A stretch of 62,892 bases of DNA, counting the filler, from Octopus bimaculoides (lineage: Eukaryota): NCBI RefSeq assembly GCF_001194135.2. It is 7 parts of 7 records of this genome, joined end to end, with 100 filler letters (N's around TTAATTAATTAA, not from the genome) between each part and the next. Parts side by side here need not be neighbours in the genome. Positions count along the whole stretch, not along the records: positions 59,446 to 62,892 come from NC_068993.1; 6 more parts are not named here. One strand, 5' to 3'. Each line of letters starts with the position of its first letter. Position 1 is the first letter of the stretch. The position numbers and the translations under genes are program-made. A model generated the notes under the pieces. It made no database searches. It saw only the letters and a list, made by a program, of their open reading frames with translations, and was not told where the DNA came from. Shown here piece after piece: positions 62,245 through 62,892 of the stretch.

Positions 62245-62460
62245 CTCTTGTTTCAGTCATTAGACTGCGGCCAAGCTGGAGTATGGCCTTGAAGAATTTT
62301 AGCCGAGTGAATAAAACAAAGAACTTATTTTCTTTTTTACAGCTGCGTACTTATACTATCGGTATCTTTTACCGAACCGCTGGGGTATGAATTCGTAAAC
62401 ACACCAACATTGGTTGTTAATCAATGGTGAAACAAGCACAGACTCATCCACGCACACACG
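62245..62460 (-). mobile_element. 3' half of family 'B' SINE
   Basis: TGTTTCAGTCATTAGACTGCGGCC...TATCGGTATCTTTTACCGAACCGCT...GTAAACACACCAACATTGGTTG. Confidence 0.8.
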
Positions 62461-62464
62461 TGTA

Positions 62465-62465
62465 G

Positions 62466-62531
<66 letters not shown>

Positions 62532-62892
62532 GCATATATATATATATATATACACATATATATATACATATAGATATACATATATATGCATATATATATA
62601 CATGCATATATATATGAATTTATATATGCATATATGCATATATATATATATACATGCATATATATATGCAAATATATATGCATATATATATGCAAATATA
62701 TATGCATATATATATATATATACATGCATATATATGCAGATATATACATATATATATGCATATATATACATATATATATGCATATATATACATATGCATT
62801 TATATATGCATATATATACATATGCATATATATATGCATATATATGCATATATATATATGCATATATATGCATATATATATATGCATATATA
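62465..62892. repeat. (TA)n/(CA)n then (TATATATGCA)-type degenerate satellite
   Basis: Direct reading of the sequence. Confidence 0.95.

Overview
Repeat-rich, AT-rich animal genomic DNA from a gapped draft assembly. The SINE families, microsatellite density and retroelement types point to a coleoid cephalopod, most likely Octopus (inference from recognised repeats, not a database hit). Six 100-nt gaps carry an artificial TTAATTAATTAA linker, so the window is about seven joined pieces and long-range adjacency is uncertain. Only two host coding exons are well supported, both on the + strand: an internal kinase-domain exon of atypical protein kinase C (16804-16926) and a terminal exon encoding a divergent, MIDAS-less VWA-like domain (7371-7966). 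The rest is decayed mobile DNA: a CR1/L2-type LINE, several Penelope-like elements (PLEs), R4/Dong-like RLE retrotransposons sitting in microsatellites, an internally deleted Gypsy-type LTR element, mariner/Tigger/hAT MITEs and many tRNA-derived SINEs. The most interesting signal is a set of minimal type I hammerhead-ribozyme motifs with a palindromic stem III (predicted to work as dimers) and atypical cores in short non-autonomous repeats. One of them forms the tail of a tRNA-headed SINE, suggesting a SINE mobilised by PLEs. A long inverted repeat and a MITE hairpin near the aPKC exon are candidate ADAR substrates. Boundaries of decayed repeats are approximate because they were read by eye.
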